Source: an uncultured Acidimicrobiaceae bacterium (GTDB taxonomy: Bacteria; Actinomycetota; Acidimicrobiia; Acidimicrobiales; RAAP-2). Taken from it: a DNA stretch of 64,000 bases. The number at the start of each line of letters is the position of its first letter. Within the stretch, counting starts at the first letter, position 1. Location of the stretch: positions 2,084 through 66,083 of the forward strand of contig CALAYR010000136.1 in assembly GCA_937894805.1 (NCBI GenBank), given 5' to 3'. The position numbers and the translations under genes are program-made. The notes below the pieces were generated by a model that worked only from the letters and a program-made list of their open reading frames with translations, did not search any database and was not told the DNA's origin. This document shows, piece after piece, positions 61,941-64,000 of the stretch.

Positions 61941-63230
61941 ATGTCCGTGCAATTTGGCACGGACGGTATTCGCGGTGTTGCGGGTACCGACATCACTGTC
62001 GAACTCGCGTACCGCTTAGGTCGTGCTGTTGCTTCCGTTTTTGGGCTCACCACGGTCGTCGGTTACGACACTCGTGAAAGCTCCTCTTCACTGGCGGCGG
62101 CCGTTCTCCAGGGATTAGTTGATGGCGGCGTCACGCCACTCAATCTCGGTGTGATCACAACACCCGGAGTCGCCGTCTTGGCCGAACACGTCGATGGAGT
62201 GGGCATCGTTATCTCGGCCTCCCACAATCCCTTTTCGGACAACGGTCTGAAGGTCTTTGGACGCGGCGGCACCAAGCTAGATCACGACACCGAAGCGGCC
62301 GTGCAGTTGGCTCTCGCGAGTGCGCCATCGTCGGATGGCCCCTACAGCGAGTTCCCCGTCGATCAGACCGCTCGAGCTACCTACCTGAATCGCCTCCGGG
62401 CCTCACGTAGTGCTACATCACTCGAGGGTCTGCACATTGTGTTGGACTGCGCTAACGGTGCGGCCTCGCCACTCGCGCGCGAACTATTTACGTCGCTAGG
62501 TGCCACTGTGGATGTGATTCACGACACTCCCGATGGCCGCAACATCAATACCGACTGTGGCTCGACGCACCCCGAAGATCTCCAGGCGGCCGTGGTGCGC
62601 CTCGGTGCCGATTTTGGTCTGGCCTTTGATGGTGATGCCGACCGCTTGGTCGCCGTCGACGAAGCCGGCATTCGCCGCGATGGTGATGACCTCATGGTGC
62701 TCTTCGCCCTCGATCTGCACGCGCGCCACGAAGTTGAGACCCTCGTTATTACTTCGATGAGTAATCTCGGGCTCCGCCAGGCACTGCAGTCGGCCGGTAT
62801 CGCGATGCTCGAAACTGACGTCGGCGACCGCAACGTCTTAATCGCTCTGGAGGAACACAACCTGCCCTTCGGGGGCGAGCAGTCGGGACATTTGATCTTT
62901 CGCCAGGAACTGTCGACGGGTGACGGCATGCTGTCTGGTCTCCACGTGGCCGAACTCGTGAAGCGTGCCGGACCGCTCGGTGCGCTCTGTGACCGGTCGT
63001 GGGAACGAGCACCGCAGTTCCTGCTCAATATTCCCCGCGAGAGCTACGACGAGCGTGCTGTCGTCAGCACCATTGAACGAATCTGCGCCGAACAGGGAGT
63101 CAGTAGCGAAGACCTGCGCATTGTGATTCGCCCTTCGGGGACCGAACCAGTCGTGCGGGTCATGGTGGAGTCCACCAACGGGGGCCTCGTCGGGACACTC
63201 GAAGCCGCTCTTCGGAGTGAATTTCTCTAA
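61941..63230 (+). CDS. glmM: phosphoglucosamine mutase
   Basis: ATG at 61941 gives MSVQFGTDGIRGVAG, with the phosphoserine loop ISASHNPFSDNG. The track ORF start at 61746 lies inside rpsI. Confidence 0.95.
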   Translation: MSVQFGTDGIRGVAGTDITVELAYRLGRAVASVFGLTTVVGYDTRESSSSLAAAVLQGLVDGGVTPLNLGVITTPGVAVLAEHVDGVGIVISASHNPFSDNGLKVFGRGGTKLDHDTEAAVQLALASAPSSDGPYSEFPVDQTARATYLNRLRASRSATSLEGLHIVLDCANGAASPLARELFTSLGATVDVIHDTPDGRNINTDCGSTHPEDLQAAVVRLGADFGLAFDGDADRLVAVDEAGIRRDGDDLMVLFALDLHARHEVETLVITSMSNLGLRQALQSAGIAMLETDVGDRNVLIALEEHNLPFGGEQSGHLIFRQELSTGDGMLSGLHVAELVKRAGPLGALCDRSWERAPQFLLNIPRESYDERAVVSTIERICAEQGVSSEDLRIVIRPSGTEPVVRVMVESTNGGLVGTLEAALRSEFL

Positions 63231-63267
63231 TCAGTTTTAAAAATCACCGGTCGGTAGACTGACCACC

Positions 63268-64000
63268 ATGTGCGGCATCATCGGTGTCGTGGGAGCACAA
63301 GATGCTCTTCCGATTCTTTTAGAGGGACTTGAACGTCTCGAATATCGCGGCTACGACTCGGCCGGCGTCGCTTTGGTCAACGCGGGCGTCACATGGCGAG
63401 CCCGTGCGGCCGCCGGAACGGAATCGGTGGCCTCGCTCGTCGCCAACTGCGACTCGGCCCCGGCCCACAGCCCGGCCGGTATTGGCCACACCCGTTGGGC
63501 CACCCACGGTGCCCCGGGCGAAGCCAACGCTCACCCCCACATGGACTGTGCCGGTTCGATTGCTCTGATTCACAACGGCATCATCGAGAACCATCAGGAA
63601 CTTGGCGCTCAGCTTCGCGAACGGGGCCACGTCTTTACCTCGGCCACCGACACTGAGGTCCTGGCTCACCGCATTGAAGAGTGGCGCAAGAGCGGGCTTG
63701 ATCTCCTGGAGTCGGTTCGGGCCACCCTGAACGAGGTGCGCGGAGCCTTCGCGCTCGCCGTGATGGACAGCGACGAACCCGACGTGATTATTGCGGCTCG
63801 TCGTATTTCGCCACTGATTGTCGGCACGTCCGACGGCATGACGTTGCTGGCCTCCGACGTACCGGCCATTTTGGATCGGGCCGACCGCTTCTTTGTGGTC
63901 GATGACGACCAACTCGTGCGTTTAACGCCGAGTGGCTACACCGTTACCGACCTGGCGGGCAATCCCGACGAGCTCCGTGAGCTCGACGTTGATTGGGACC
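63268..64000 (+). CDS. glmS: glutamine--fructose-6-phosphate aminotransferase, N-terminal part; runs off the right edge
   Basis: Not in the track because there is no stop. MCGIIGVVG (Cys nucleophile), RLEYRGYDSAG, GHTRWATHG and HNGIIEN. Confidence 0.93.
   Translation, partial: MCGIIGVVGAQDALPILLEGLERLEYRGYDSAGVALVNAGVTWRARAAAGTESVASLVANCDSAPAHSPAGIGHTRWATHGAPGEANAHPHMDCAGSIALIHNGIIENHQELGAQLRERGHVFTSATDTEVLAHRIEEWRKSGLDLLESVRATLNEVRGAFALAVMDSDEPDVIIAARRISPLIVGTSDGMTLLASDVPAILDRADRFFVVDDDQLVRLTPSGYTVTDLAGNPDELRELDVDWD

Noticed and set aside
63231-63267. Possible glmS ribozyme upstream of glmS
   Set aside because: The glmM-glmS gap is only 37 nt, far too short for the roughly 170-nt ribozyme, and the ribozyme is mainly found in Firmicutes.

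Overview
This window is a core-genome segment of a high-GC Gram-positive chromosome, probably Actinomycetota. That assignment is an inference from gene order, the nested lysC alpha/beta arrangement, the acidic N-terminus of NusG and the long coiled-coil insert in beta-prime. The left part (1 to about 25 kb) holds a partial uppP and a compact ethylmalonyl-CoA/propionyl-CoA gene set: thiolase, ccr, epimerase, pccB plus a small untracked epsilon-like ORF, corA, a MeaA/Ecm-type B12 mutase and hbd. It also holds two cyclophilins, lysC-asd, a PhoU-like gene, rmuC, gltA, tesB, yajQ, a GNAT, tRNA-Tyr and envelope/glycan genes (GT4-like, GH1, GtrA, GT-C mannosyltransferase-like). The right part (25-64 kb) is the canonical transcription/translation super-cluster: tRNA-Thr, tRNA-Met, rpmG, tRNA-Trp, secE, nusG, rplKA, rplJL, rpoBC, rpsLG-fusA-tuf, the S10-spc-alpha operons, truA, rplM-rpsI, glmM and partial glmS. 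It is interrupted only by an opposite-strand operon (PPOX-like protein, GAF histidine kinase, NarL regulator) between map and infA. I saw no rRNA, CRISPR, transposase or integrase, prophage, or recognisable defence or toxin system, and I do not find a convincing novel multi-gene system here. The observations most worth a second look are: (1) a 234-nt spacer with six hairpins between rpsJ and rplC, in an array otherwise packed with 1-nt TAATG overlaps; (2) an unusually long RpoB (1368 aa) with three apparent insertions; (3) Asn at the rifampicin-critical E. coli His526 position of RpoB, plus a degenerate HP(S/T)HYGR motif; (4) infA, which appears to need a CTG start codon; (5) a glycosyltransferase whose conserved N-terminus has no canonical start; (6) acidic low-complexity tails on uL10, uL22 and uS3. 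All coordinates and folds were worked out by eye. No database search or folding computation was run.
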